Shown: positions 29,031 through 38,880 of the stretch, one piece after another
Numbering within the stretch: position 1 is the stretch's first letter
How the letters are laid out: every line of letters begins with the position of its first letter
NCBI GenBank assembly: GCA_050294405.1
Contig: JBNKOC010000011.1
Location: 41,030-105,029 of the forward strand
Length of the DNA: 64,000 bases
From: Fibrobacteria bacterium
GTDB lineage: Bacteria > Fibrobacterota > Fibrobacteria > UBA11236 > JADFYW01
Direction: 5' to 3'
Made by a program: the position numbers and the translations under genes
Notes under the pieces: model-generated
The model's database searches: none
What the model was told of the DNA's origin: nothing
Seen by the model: the letters and a program-made list of their open reading frames with translations, nothing else

Positions 29031-29821
29031 GTAACGAGACCTCCGCTAATATTAACTCCAGTCCCAACCATATATTGGGCCATTGGACTTGCTAACATAA
29101 GCAATGGACCTAAGACATCCGTGGGCTCACATAACCGGCTTGCGGGGGTGTTTTCGATGAGCACTTTTTTAACTCTTTCCTTCATTTCATCACTAAGGCC
29201 GCCTGAAAATATTTGAGGGGTTAAATAATTTATTCTGACATTATGCGGTGCATATTCCCGAGCTACAGATTTTAAGTAGGAATGTACCGCAGATTTAGCT
29301 GCGCCATATAACGCCCGCATAGGTTGGCCAACTTCCCCAGTGATAGAAGACACTACCACCACATTTCCCTTTTTATTTTCTTTCATGATTGGCAAAATGA
29401 ATTCGCATAAGTTAATGACCGGCATTAAGTTTTGTCTTAAACTATGCTCTACATCTTTTTCTCCGTAAAAGAAAAATGATTTATCAATAGCATTTCCCAC
29501 ACATATAATTAACGCGTCCAATGGTGGATGCTCAGATAAAAGCGCTTCAAGTTTGGTTCTGGATTCCGCTCCGTGGCTTAAATCCGCTTGGAACAAGGTC
29601 GGTGTAATGTACCCAGAGTCTAATCCGTCCTCGTTAAAAATACTTTCAAGAACACTTGAGTTTTTATGAAAATGAAGGATACAATTTGAGTGAAACCCAC
29701 AAAATAATTTTGATACCTCGACCCCAATACTGCTACTGGCACCGGCAATAAATATGTTTTTATTTTCGAACAGGGGTTGGAACCCTGAAAACATATTCGT
29801 GGTTGATGAATATGCGAGCAT
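29021..29821 (-). CDS. SDR family oxidoreductase (FabG-like)
   Basis: GASSSIG, VSS, YGAAK, VARE..IRIN. Confidence 0.88.
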   Translation of the reverse strand: MLAYSSTTNMFSGFQPLFENKNIFIAGASSSIGVEVSKLFCGFHSNCILHFHKNSSVLESIFNEDGLDSGYITPTLFQADLSHGAESRTKLEALLSEHPPLDALIICVGNAIDKSFFFYGEKDVEHSLRQNLMPVINLCEFILPIMKENKKGNVVVVSSITGEVGQPMRALYGAAKSAVHSYLKSVAREYAPHNVRINYLTPQIFSGGLSDEMKERVKKVLIENTPASRLCEPTDVLGPLLMLASPMAQYMVGTGVNISGGLVTWS

Positions 29822-30441
29822 TAAAGGTCCTTATTTGCATGTAATGATTTAGCGCGGGATAAAGCTTCGGCGGCTTCTTCTGCGCGGCCCTTGATACAAG
29901 ATTCAGTTTTACAGGCATTTACAACATATTCGAAATCCTCAACACCAAATCTTCCCCTTTCTAAAAATGCTGGCAGGGTAATGCTATTGTATCCTCTGAT
30001 AAATCGAATTGGAATATTAGTGGGGTTTTTCTTTACAGCTTGGTCCATTTTTTTTGTCCCAAGTTTAACGTAATATGTTTGTTTCCCAGGATTTTTTTCG
30101 TAATCAGCTTGCATAGTAATCAGGCTGCCATACCATGCCAGAGCTTCGTAATCTGTTTTGTTGTTTTTTAAATAATTTTTAAAAACTCCAATTCCTTCTT
30201 CTACTAATTCCTTTTTGATTTTTTTTTCATTTAAGATATGCAGCGCAATTCCGAGTTCTTTTAGATCTTTATCGCTGGCATTACTTTTTTCTGCTGCTTT
30301 CCTTAATTGCGGCAGTTTTGCTTCAAGCTGAGATTCTTCAAGCTTTACCAGCTCTATAGAATAATCCTCTCCCCAAATCGGGAGTTGAAAAACGATTGTG
30401 TTAATTAAAAAAATTAATGCGCTTTTTTTTACAGATAGCAT
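29821..30441 (-). CDS. Secreted TPR-like protein (BGC), apparent paralogue of 23668-24345
   Basis: Signal peptide; EALAWYGS..G.KKMDQAVKKNPTNI.IR. Confidence 0.72.
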   Translation of the reverse strand: MLSVKKSALIFLINTIVFQLPIWGEDYSIELVKLEESQLEAKLPQLRKAAEKSNASDKDLKELGIALHILNEKKIKKELVEEGIGVFKNYLKNNKTDYEALAWYGSLITMQADYEKNPGKQTYYVKLGTKKMDQAVKKNPTNIPIRFIRGYNSITLPAFLERGRFGVEDFEYVVNACKTESCIKGRAEEAAEALSRAKSLHANKDL

Positions 30442-30461
30442 GTTTCCTCCTTATTTATTTA

Positions 30462-31988
30462 TTATTCCCAATCCTCAGAATGCATTAAAACATCGCTATA
30501 GGCATTCATCCCAGTCCAAACGGCTGAATACAATCCAGATATTCCAAATGAATCACTGTGGCCAAAAATTATATTTCCCATTGGCTTAGAAGATTCTGCA
30601 ATTTCTTTATCCCTGTCTATTGTGGGAAGTAGCATTGGATGCCCCCAGCGATGCAGCAACATATTTTCTATGTATTTGGCTTTTTCTTTAAATACGGTTT
30701 TAAGATCTTTATAGATTAATTCCGCCCAATATTTTGGAGGTTGAGCTAATAAGTTTGCTCTTCCCACAGATTCTATCATGGGCACATAAACGGTAATATG
30801 GCTGTTTCCATTTTTACTTTGGTTGTTTGCGAGCCAGTCAGGCCGAAGCATTAGTTTTGAAAATAAATTAGGGTTTAAAATTTCAAAACTTTCCATTACG
30901 GGTTTGCTAAAGCTCACCTGAGCCACAAGGAAAGGGCTGTACCTGTTTTTCTTGAACACATCATATCTTTCCTGGGGGAGCTTCTTTATTAAATGTTTAG
31001 CTATTAATTTTGGGGAGCATACAATAGCGCATTTTGCCTGGGCAGCTTTTAATTTGCCATTTTCATCTAAATACCCAACCTTAACTCCATTGGGTCCATC
31101 CTCAATTTCAACCACAGTATGGGAAGTTCTTAAGTTTTCATAATGTCTTTGTTCAATTGAATTCAATATGGCTTCGCTAATAGCGCCATGCCCTCCTGGA
31201 AGACTATACATGGGTGCGAAATGATTGGATAATATGTATAACCCTTCCCATGCCGCAATTTGGCTTGAGTCACTTCCAATTCGGCTATGGAGTATGCAAT
31301 CTATCACCTGTAGAAGCTGAGAATCAATGTTCCAATCTTCAAAAAAATCTTTTAGAGTGATGTGACAGAGCTTTAATATTTCAGCTGAATTATCTTGCTT
31401 TGGATAAAATACGCCAGATTTTGGATCTAAATATTTATGCAATTTTTGGGGTAGTTCTTGAAACTGTTTTTTAACCGAATCAGAGAAAGGCAGATTTGGA
31501 GCATCTTTTCCAAAAGGTTCCCGGTAGATTTTCCCTTCATATTGCAAAGAAAATTCCGGGGCTGGAACTTTAGTAAACTCGGTTTTTATTTCTGAAAAAA
31601 AATTGGTAAATGGCTCAATGGAACCTTGGCTCAGCACAGCTCCCAGAGGGCAATATATATCATTGATTTTTAACCGTCTGGAATTCCCGCCAAGTACAGG
31701 TTCCTTTTCCAACAAGAGGCAGGTCATGTCCTGCAAATGGAAAAAACTGGTTAACCCTGATATTCCACCTCCAATTATAATTACGTCAAATTTTTCCTTG
31801 GCATCGGGAACGGAGAATTTTGCACCATCTCTTATTTGATGAACGATTTTGTTTCTGTCTATTTCGTAAAATTCAGCGGGTAATTCTAATTCCACTAGGC
31901 TTTCCTTTGCGGAAAGTTCAAAAGCGCCAAAAAAACTTGCCGCTCCAATGGTATTAATAGCCTGTTGTAAAAAAAATCGCCGTTCCAT
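30462..31988 (-). CDS. Tat-exported FAD-dependent oxidoreductase (amine oxidase / protoporphyrinogen oxidase / desaturase superfamily)
   Basis: MERRFFL twin-arginine signal; DVIIIGGGISGL..LLEKE..GG; RWGHPM. Confidence 0.82.
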   Translation of the reverse strand: MERRFFLQQAINTIGAASFFGAFELSAKESLVELELPAEFYEIDRNKIVHQIRDGAKFSVPDAKEKFDVIIIGGGISGLTSFFHLQDMTCLLLEKEPVLGGNSRRLKINDIYCPLGAVLSQGSIEPFTNFFSEIKTEFTKVPAPEFSLQYEGKIYREPFGKDAPNLPFSDSVKKQFQELPQKLHKYLDPKSGVFYPKQDNSAEILKLCHITLKDFFEDWNIDSQLLQVIDCILHSRIGSDSSQIAAWEGLYILSNHFAPMYSLPGGHGAISEAILNSIEQRHYENLRTSHTVVEIEDGPNGVKVGYLDENGKLKAAQAKCAIVCSPKLIAKHLIKKLPQERYDVFKKNRYSPFLVAQVSFSKPVMESFEILNPNLFSKLMLRPDWLANNQSKNGNSHITVYVPMIESVGRANLLAQPPKYWAELIYKDLKTVFKEKAKYIENMLLHRWGHPMLLPTIDRDKEIAESSKPMGNIIFGHSDSFGISGLYSAVWTGMNAYSDVLMHSEDWE

Positions 31989-31993
31989 ATGAT

Positions 31994-32320
31994 TTATGCC
32001 ATTTTGTATTCCAGAATACCGGATGTTATTTTGAAATCTTTTGAATAAAATTCATATTGATAACTAATCGTTTCTTTTGGATTTTGTTGTTGATAAACTT
32101 CCAGTTTTAAATTATCGCCAGGTAACACGGGCTTTAAAAATTTTATTTTTTTTGCTTTTAAAATTTGGGGGGAGTCTGTCAGTAGAAGATGCTTTTCCAC
32201 AAAGTTTCGCGCTAAAGCAATAAGTAATACTCCAGGAAATATAGGGCTATCTGGAAAGTGGCCCTTAAATACTTCTGAATTTTCATTAATAACAATATTT
32301 TTTTCTAAACATTTATTCAT
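31994..32320 (-). CDS. Hot-dog 3-hydroxyacyl-ACP dehydratase subunit (ApeI-like)
   Basis: FKGHFPDSPIFPGV, KFLKPVLPGD. Confidence 0.88.
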   Translation of the reverse strand: MNKCLEKNIVINENSEVFKGHFPDSPIFPGVLLIALARNFVEKHLLLTDSPQILKAKKIKFLKPVLPGDNLKLEVYQQQNPKETISYQYEFYSKDFKITSGILEYKMA

Positions 32321-32763
32321 GTTACTATCATTTCCCCTTTTATTTTAATTGATGAGCCTTGCTTGCACACGAAATGGAACTTTATCATTTGTTGGAAATA
32401 TTTTATAATATGTATACTTACATTAACTGGGCTTCCCATTATAATATTATCCAGTATATCTACTGAACTTATTTGAACTAACCTATGATCGTTATTGTTG
32501 GATAAACTCCTTGTTTCATAATAATTGCCCATTAATACTCCTGCGGTCTGAGCAGCTCCTTCCATGCACAACTCTAGTCCAATTGCTTCTAATGCTAAAT
32601 CGGAATATCCGATATCTTTTGGCAAAACAATTCGCCCGGATCCCTCTTTCCCCGATTCACGGATAACAACTTTTTCCACTAGTTGAAATGGAGGGCGATG
32701 CGGGAGATATTTTTCAATTTCCTCTTTTAAGCAAATGTTTTGTGTATTTACTTCTAATAACAT
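32317..32763 (-). CDS. FabZ/ApeP-like hot-dog dehydratase subunit
   Basis: LPHRPPFQLVEKV and EGAAQ present; the GHFP catalytic His is absent. Confidence 0.8.
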   Translation of the reverse strand: MLLEVNTQNICLKEEIEKYLPHRPPFQLVEKVVIRESGKEGSGRIVLPKDIGYSDLALEAIGLELCMEGAAQTAGVLMGNYYETRSLSNNNDHRLVQISSVDILDNIIMGSPVNVSIHIIKYFQQMIKFHFVCKQGSSIKIKGEMIVT

Positions 32764-32769
32764 AATTCC

Positions 32770-33960
32770 TCAATTGGTAGAAAAAACAAGAGATACATTA
32801 CTTTCACCTGGAGCCTGGCTTTGGTGGAGCCAGGCAAACTCCTTTTTGGCAGTTGAAGGAGATAACATAAATGGTTCTAACCCTTTTACTTTCAATTCTG
32901 TTGGCATTGTTAAATTGGGAACTTTGTACCTGCTGGCTGATAAAAATCCCAGCGCCATCCTCATTATTCCAGAGGAAGGAAAGTCTCCTGTATAAGCAGT
33001 CAAGGCACGAATTTTAGTGATTTCAGGATTAAAAAATTCACATAAAGCATTTGCTTCAACGTTGTCATAGGAAGGATTGCCGTTAGCGCCTGAAGAAACC
33101 CAATGAATATCCTCTGGGTTTAAATTTGATTTGCTCAATGCCTCACGAATAGATTCCTTTATAATTTCTGGATCCCTAGCGAAAGAATTGGTATTTCTGC
33201 AGTTTTGATATGAGCCGATTCCCATCAATTTTCCATAAGACTTTCCTCCGCGACTGTATAGTGAATCGCGGGATTCAAGAAGTAAAGCCGCGCTTCCTTC
33301 TCCCATTGTCACCCCATTTTTATGTTTATGATAGGGAAGCCAATTTTGCTCATCTTTATAACTTAATCTTAGATCTCGGTATCCTTGGATTAAAGAACTG
33401 CATAATTCATCAGTTCCAATTACAAGGCATTTATCCAAGGCGCCTTTATTTAGCAATAAGGATGCGAATAACAGCGCATTTTCTCCTGAAGTTCCAAGTC
33501 CGGTTACAGTAGTGTTGCAGCCATTTAGGCCTAATTCAATTGCAATAAGTCCCGACGAGGCATTTGCGACTGTAGTTGGAAAATTTACCGGTGAAAGATT
33601 TTCAATCCCGTCTTTTAGTAATCTTTTCTGATGTTTTATAACGCTGGAAAACCCCGAAAAGCCAGTGCCTACAATAACGCCACATGAAGAGTTTGCCTTA
33701 GGGTCGAGTCCTGCATCTTCCATGGCCATTTTCGCGGATGCTATGGAATATATATTTGCTAAATCCATACGCCGAAGTTTTTTAGGATGAACGAATTTTT
33801 TAGGATCAAAATCTTTAACTTTGAAAAAAAAGCCTTCTTCGTCTTCAACTTTTTCCCAGCCAGCGGATGGGGAACCATGTTCCAAATTTTCAAGAATTGA
33901 ATCGTGGTTCGTGCCAAGAGGGCTTACCATTCCTATTCCGGTAATATAAATATCATGCAT
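32770..33960 (-). CDS. Non-catalytic ketosynthase / chain-length factor
   Basis: KS fold (ITGIGMVSPLG, FPTTVANA, MGEGSAALLLE), but the Cys site is GLGTS and the His sites are SGANG and TGDF. Confidence 0.88.
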   Translation of the reverse strand: MHDIYITGIGMVSPLGTNHDSILENLEHGSPSAGWEKVEDEEGFFFKVKDFDPKKFVHPKKLRRMDLANIYSIASAKMAMEDAGLDPKANSSCGVIVGTGFSGFSSVIKHQKRLLKDGIENLSPVNFPTTVANASSGLIAIELGLNGCNTTVTGLGTSGENALLFASLLLNKGALDKCLVIGTDELCSSLIQGYRDLRLSYKDEQNWLPYHKHKNGVTMGEGSAALLLESRDSLYSRGGKSYGKLMGIGSYQNCRNTNSFARDPEIIKESIREALSKSNLNPEDIHWVSSGANGNPSYDNVEANALCEFFNPEITKIRALTAYTGDFPSSGIMRMALGFLSASRYKVPNLTMPTELKVKGLEPFMLSPSTAKKEFAWLHQSQAPGESNVSLVFSTN

Positions 33961-34690
33961 AATTAATTTCCTTTTTTGAAAATGTAAATGGCGCCCCATG
34001 GCCCGGGTATATAATGTTTGCTTTTTTTGCTTTTAACCGCGATTGGTTATAGTGATTGCTATTCCACATTATCAAATGATTAACTTGCTCGTTAAAATCA
34101 AGCTTGCTTAGAATGGCATCGCCACAAACTAAGGAATTTCCATTGATTGAGTTAACCATTAATCCTAGTTGCCCTGGGCTATGGCCAGAAAGGTCAATGG
34201 TAGATACATTATCACTTAATTTTTGATTAGCACTTACAAACTTAATTTTCCTTTTGATTTTTTCTGGAATTGAATATTGATTGCTATTAATCACTTGCCA
34301 AAATTGCCTTTGGAAAAGCTTTGCCACTAGTTCATGAGTACTTAAAAGAAATTCTAAGAAAACCTCTTTTGAAGAGGTATGTTTTTGAAGTTCGCTGTAA
34401 AATTCCCACTCGATGGAGGGAACAAAAATTTGAGTGGATTCCATCCAATCTGCGACATTAAAATGATCAAAATGCAAATGGGTGAAAAATACGCTGTTTA
34501 TATCGCTAATTTGGAGATTGTGAAATTTAAGTGCCAGTGCCAATTCCTGGAAGCTGCAAATGGATGCCGGATCTGTAATACATTTAAAATCCCCATCTAT
34601 TATCAGCAGTGTAGAAGCCTTCACCGTAAGCTTGGAGCCTTGAAAAAGCTCTATAACTTTGCCAAAATTAGGCACTGATTCCCCCGTCAA
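33953..34690 (-). CDS. Metallo-beta-lactamase fold hydrolase (possible thioesterase)
   Basis: THLHFDH, GHSPG, GD, PGHG. Confidence 0.85.
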   Translation of the reverse strand: MTGESVPNFGKVIELFQGSKLTVKASTLLIIDGDFKCITDPASICSFQELALALKFHNLQISDINSVFFTHLHFDHFNVADWMESTQIFVPSIEWEFYSELQKHTSSKEVFLEFLLSTHELVAKLFQRQFWQVINSNQYSIPEKIKRKIKFVSANQKLSDNVSTIDLSGHSPGQLGLMVNSINGNSLVCGDAILSKLDFNEQVNHLIMWNSNHYNQSRLKAKKANIIYPGHGAPFTFSKKEINYA

Positions 34691-35399
34691 TTGCTATAGT
34701 CTGTCCCGTTATATATGTGTTGGAGTCGCTAGCTAAAAACTGCACCATTGAGGAAACATCTTTAACAGACCCGTATCTGGAAAGCGGTATTAAACTTAAA
34801 TTTTTCTCCTTCCTTTTCGGAGGGAGCGTGTCCGTCATTTCCGTTTCGATAAAACCAGGAGCAATAGCGTTCACTAAAATGTTGTATTTTCCATATTCCT
34901 TGGCCAATGTCCTTGTCATACTTATGACAGCTCCTTTAGAGGCGGAGTAATTTGCCTGTCCTGGAGTCCCTATGATTCCGCTTACGCTGACAATGTTTAT
35001 AATTTTTCCCTTTTTTTGCTTCGTCATTTGCTTTAGCGCCAATTTGCTGGAATAAAAAGTACCATTAAGATTTAAATTCAAAACATCATTCCACTCATTT
35101 TGAGTCATTAATATGGCGTAGTTATCTCTCAATACGCCAGCATTATTAACCAATACATCTACGCTTTGAAAATGCTTCAAGGTGTAATCAAATACTTTTT
35201 CCACATCTTCCCATTTTGACATATCCCCCTGGACACAGATTGCGGTACCGCCAGACTTTTCTATTTCAATTTTTAGTTCTTCCGCTTTGCTTTTGTTTGA
35301 GTTGTAATTTAAGCATACCTGATAACCCGAATGGGCTAAATCTATGGCTATTGCTTTGCCTATTCCCCTGGAAGCTCCTGTAATTAAGGCTGATTTCAT
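34668..35399 (-). CDS. fabG: 3-oxoacyl-ACP reductase
   Basis: TGASRGIG, NNAG, YSASK, APGFIETEMT. Confidence 0.92.
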   Translation of the reverse strand: MKSALITGASRGIGKAIAIDLAHSGYQVCLNYNSNKSKAEELKIEIEKSGGTAICVQGDMSKWEDVEKVFDYTLKHFQSVDVLVNNAGVLRDNYAILMTQNEWNDVLNLNLNGTFYSSKLALKQMTKQKKGKIINIVSVSGIIGTPGQANYSASKGAVISMTRTLAKEYGKYNILVNAIAPGFIETEMTDTLPPKRKEKNLSLIPLSRYGSVKDVSSMVQFLASDSNTYITGQTIAIDGGISA

Positions 35400-36607
35400 T
35401 TGTTTATTTCCTCCCATTTTTTCAATAGCAATGACGTGTTGTTCCCTCCAAATGCAAGCGAGTTGGACATAGCATATTCAATTTCACAATCCCGGCTTTT
35501 GTTGGGAATATAATCTAGGTCACATTCAGGATCAGGAGTTTCCAAATTTAATGTTGGAGGTAAGAAATTATTTTGGATACATAGGGCTGTGGCTGCTGCT
35601 TCCATAGCCCCAACAGCGGATAAAGCGTGGCCAATCATGGGCTTAATGGAACTTATAGATAAATTATACGCATGATCCTCAAATACGGTTTTAACAGCAT
35701 TTGTTTCAGAGGAATCATTTAGTTTTGTTCCCGTTCCATGGGCATTGATGTAATTAATTTTTTTAGGGTTCACTTTTGCAGTTTTTAACGCAGAGGACAT
35801 TGCAAGAGACATCCCTTTTCCTCCAGGGTCAGGTGCGGTAACATGGTGCGCATCTGAGGCTAGCCCATAGGAAACAAACTCTGCAACTACAGGAGCTTTA
35901 CGGCTTTGAGCGTGCTTTTGAGACTCCAATATTAAAATAGAGGCTCCTTCACTGATATTTATTCCGTCTCGGTTTTTATCAAATGGCTTAGAATGCCCGG
36001 GAGAAAGAGCTTCCAATGCGTTAAATCCTGAAAAAGATATATAACATAAGGCTTCGACTCCTCCGCAAAATGCTATGTCGGCATAGCCCTGGGCAATTAA
36101 ATCAGCTGCAAAACCCACTGCAGAGGCTCCTGAAGAACAAGCGGTCATAATGTTAGCTCGCACTCCTTTGATGCCCAAATATTTAGATAGGACCGCCCCG
36201 GTTTTTTCGTTGTAGTTTAAAATTTTAGAAGGCCGGGCTTTTAAACCGTACAATTTATTTTCCACGTAACCTTCTAAATTTGAAATAGGAGCTCCATTGC
36301 CTATTACTAGTGCTGTTTTGGAATTGGACATTTGATCTTTGCTTAACTTTGCATTTTCAATAGCATCTCTGGCAGCATGCAAAGCGTAATGATCAATTGG
36401 TGTTAAGTGTTTTTCTTCTTCATTTAAGGGGGAAGTGGGCAGGTTTTTAATCTGGCCCACTAAATTGGTCCGATATCCTTTAGTATCATGGAATTTATTT
36501 TCGCTAATACCTGATACTCCCTTTTTTAAGGCGTTTAAATAGCTAGGTACATCATTACCAACAGCTGAAACAATGCCGATGCCAGTAATAAGGACTCGTT
36601 CCGTCAT
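35396..36607 (-). CDS. fabF: Beta-ketoacyl-ACP synthase II-type ketosynthase
   Basis: Intact Cys-His-His triad: TACSS, NAHGTGT, IGHAL. Confidence 0.9.
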   Translation of the reverse strand: MTERVLITGIGIVSAVGNDVPSYLNALKKGVSGISENKFHDTKGYRTNLVGQIKNLPTSPLNEEEKHLTPIDHYALHAARDAIENAKLSKDQMSNSKTALVIGNGAPISNLEGYVENKLYGLKARPSKILNYNEKTGAVLSKYLGIKGVRANIMTACSSGASAVGFAADLIAQGYADIAFCGGVEALCYISFSGFNALEALSPGHSKPFDKNRDGINISEGASILILESQKHAQSRKAPVVAEFVSYGLASDAHHVTAPDPGGKGMSLAMSSALKTAKVNPKKINYINAHGTGTKLNDSSETNAVKTVFEDHAYNLSISSIKPMIGHALSAVGAMEAAATALCIQNNFLPPTLNLETPDPECDLDYIPNKSRDCEIEYAMSNSLAFGGNNTSLLLKKWEEINK

Positions 36608-36625
36608 AATATTCCCCTTTTTTAA

Positions 36626-36907
36626 TTATGCTGTTGCAGTGTTGTTTAATTCTAATATGTAATTAGCAAGCGTGTTTAAGCTGTGAAAATGTTTTTGAAC
36701 GCTCTCGTCTTGCTTGACAGTCACGCCAAATTCCTGTTCTAATCCCAAAACAAGGTCCAATACATCAACTGAATCAATTCCCCAGGCATCTTCGTCAAAT
36801 AATGGGGAATCATCAGTAACATCTAACTCAGATGCGTCAATTTCAAGTCGATCTTTGATCATGACTTTAATTTTTTCTTTTACATTATTTAAGTTTTCGC
36901 TGCTCAT
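36626..36907 (-). CDS. Acyl carrier protein (secondary-metabolism type)
   Basis: Acidic 93 aa protein; PLF..GIDSVDVLDL phosphopantetheine site. Confidence 0.92.
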   Translation of the reverse strand: MSSENLNNVKEKIKVMIKDRLEIDASELDVTDDSPLFDEDAWGIDSVDVLDLVLGLEQEFGVTVKQDESVQKHFHSLNTLANYILELNNTATA

Positions 36908-38880
36908 ATTTTTTTCTCCTTGTTGGATGGGGTGGTGGTTAAAGATTTTTCGATTTTTTCAAACATCCAGTCCAAAACAAATATGCTTCTTAAGTTCCTA
37001 ATAAGTTTTGGCCATTTTATTTTTGAGGCTACTAAGCTCAGTGATTTTGACCAGCCTACCAGATAGTTAACGCTCAGGGGCATAATTGCTCCCTCAGGGC
37101 ATATTTGGGGACAAAAGCCGCAGCCTTCACAATTGCTTAATATTATGGATTTGTTATTTTTCATTTCTATACTTGGACAATTAGTTTCCATACATTTTCC
37201 GCATTCTGTGCAGGCATGTTTATTAATGACATATCTGTATATTGAGCTTGTTTTTTTGGGAGACTCTTGGACGCAATTTCCTTTAAGCAAAATTACGCAT
37301 AATTCAGAGGAGTTTAAAAAGTTTATCAAAACCTTTTTTATATTTGTCATATCCAAGGCATCTAAGATTTTGTATCGAGGAACTCCGATTCCACTTAAAA
37401 ACGCACTCCATTGCTTTTCATCAAAATTTGGATTCGTTTTTTGCATTCCAGTCATTGCCGACCCGGAGTTATCTAGAATTATAATGGTGGCCCGGCTTTT
37501 TTGGTTTATTAGAGAAACTAATGCAGGGATGCCGGAATGGAAAAAGGTGGAATCTCCCAATACCGCTACTGCCTTTTCAGGGAACTCAGGTCCCAGTGCA
37601 GTTTCGTACCCCTGTAATACTCCTAAGCTGGCGGACATACATAAATTGGACTTAATAACATTAAACGGGGGGAGAGCTCCTAAGGTATTGCAGCCAATAT
37701 CACCTACTGCGTAAATATTCAACTCTTTAAGTACCTGATAAATTCCTGTGTGGGTGCAACCTGAGCAAAATCCTGGGACTCGGGGAGGAACTTCAGAAAC
37801 CGACTTAGATATCGGGGCCCCAAATTTTTTAACTAAATAGTCTTTTATCTCCGGGGCTTTGTTTGTGGCCAATTCCCAAGGATCCAGAATTCCAAACCCT
37901 TTGTAATTCGGTCTATCAAGAGTTGGGATTCCAAGGGCTCTTATTTGAGTATTCAAATAAGAAGAGCCTTCATCAGCTACAATAATTTTTGATACAAGTT
38001 TTTGGAAAACTTTAAGGGATTCAATGGGGAGTGGATTAACCAGTGATAATTTGAAGATGGGAAATGCGTCTCCAAAAATTTCCACGATTTTTGAATAACA
38101 ATGGCCAGAAGCTACTATGCCAACATTAAAATTGAGCCTATCCAGATAATCAGATAAATAAATTGTATTTAAATTTTTTAAGTCATTTGACTGGGCTAAT
38201 TCAGTCAAATTTTGGTTGCGGACTCGATGTCGCTCAGGAACATATACGGGCAAAAGCAAGAATCTGCTAACAGGCAATGCGAAACCAAGCATAGGGTTGG
38301 TGTTGATTCGAGGGGATAAAAATATTTTTTTACTTGAGAAGCATTGGCGGGAAACGACTCTCAATAGAACCGGCAACTCGCATTTTTCACTTAACTCAAA
38401 TGCTAATTTGGTAAATTTTTTAAGCTCTTCTAAGGAGCTCGGTTCAAGAACAGGAACGCCTGCTGCGAGTGCTAATTCCCTTGAATCCTGCTCATTTTGA
38501 CTTGATTTTGCACCTGGGTCATCTCCAACCACAACAACAAGGCCGCCTCGAACTCCTGTGTAAGCTAAATTAAAAAATGGATCAGCTGCGACATTTAACC
38601 CAACATGCTTCATTACAACCATGGATCTTTTTCCTGAATATGAAGCTCCAATTGCAATTTCAGTGGCGACTTTTTCATTAGCAGCTAACAATGTTTGTAT
38701 ATCATCATATTTTTTAGCCGCCTCCAATATTCCGGTTGTGGGCGTCCCAGGGTATCCGCTTACGATTTCGACTCCCGCTTCCCAGGCAGCTCTTGCAATT
38801 ATCTGAGTGCCGGATAACAGTTTCTGTGGTTCGGGAATGACTTCGGTCTTTTTTGGAATTTCAATAGTTGCGCTTTTCAT
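36904..38880 (-). CDS. iorA: Indolepyruvate:ferredoxin oxidoreductase alpha subunit
   Basis: GYPGTP, NEKVA, MKHVGLNVAADP, DDPG..SSQNEQD, FCSGCTH, GDIGC, GDSTFFHSG; two CxxCxxC ferredoxin motifs. Confidence 0.93.
   Translation of the reverse strand: MKSATIEIPKKTEVIPEPQKLLSGTQIIARAAWEAGVEIVSGYPGTPTTGILEAAKKYDDIQTLLAANEKVATEIAIGASYSGKRSMVVMKHVGLNVAADPFFNLAYTGVRGGLVVVVGDDPGAKSSQNEQDSRELALAAGVPVLEPSSLEELKKFTKLAFELSEKCELPVLLRVVSRQCFSSKKIFLSPRINTNPMLGFALPVSRFLLLPVYVPERHRVRNQNLTELAQSNDLKNLNTIYLSDYLDRLNFNVGIVASGHCYSKIVEIFGDAFPIFKLSLVNPLPIESLKVFQKLVSKIIVADEGSSYLNTQIRALGIPTLDRPNYKGFGILDPWELATNKAPEIKDYLVKKFGAPISKSVSEVPPRVPGFCSGCTHTGIYQVLKELNIYAVGDIGCNTLGALPPFNVIKSNLCMSASLGVLQGYETALGPEFPEKAVAVLGDSTFFHSGIPALVSLINQKSRATIIILDNSGSAMTGMQKTNPNFDEKQWSAFLSGIGVPRYKILDALDMTNIKKVLINFLNSSELCVILLKGNCVQESPKKTSSIYRYVINKHACTECGKCMETNCPSIEMKNNKSIILSNCEGCGFCPQICPEGAIMPLSVNYLVGWSKSLSLVASKIKWPKLIRNLRSIFVLDWMFEKIEKSLTTTPSNKEKKI

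Noticed and set aside
37133..37714. Long antisense ORFs (also 1892-2380, 5957-6373, 23891-24295)
   Set aside because: They shadow well-supported genes on the opposite strand and have no recognisable motifs
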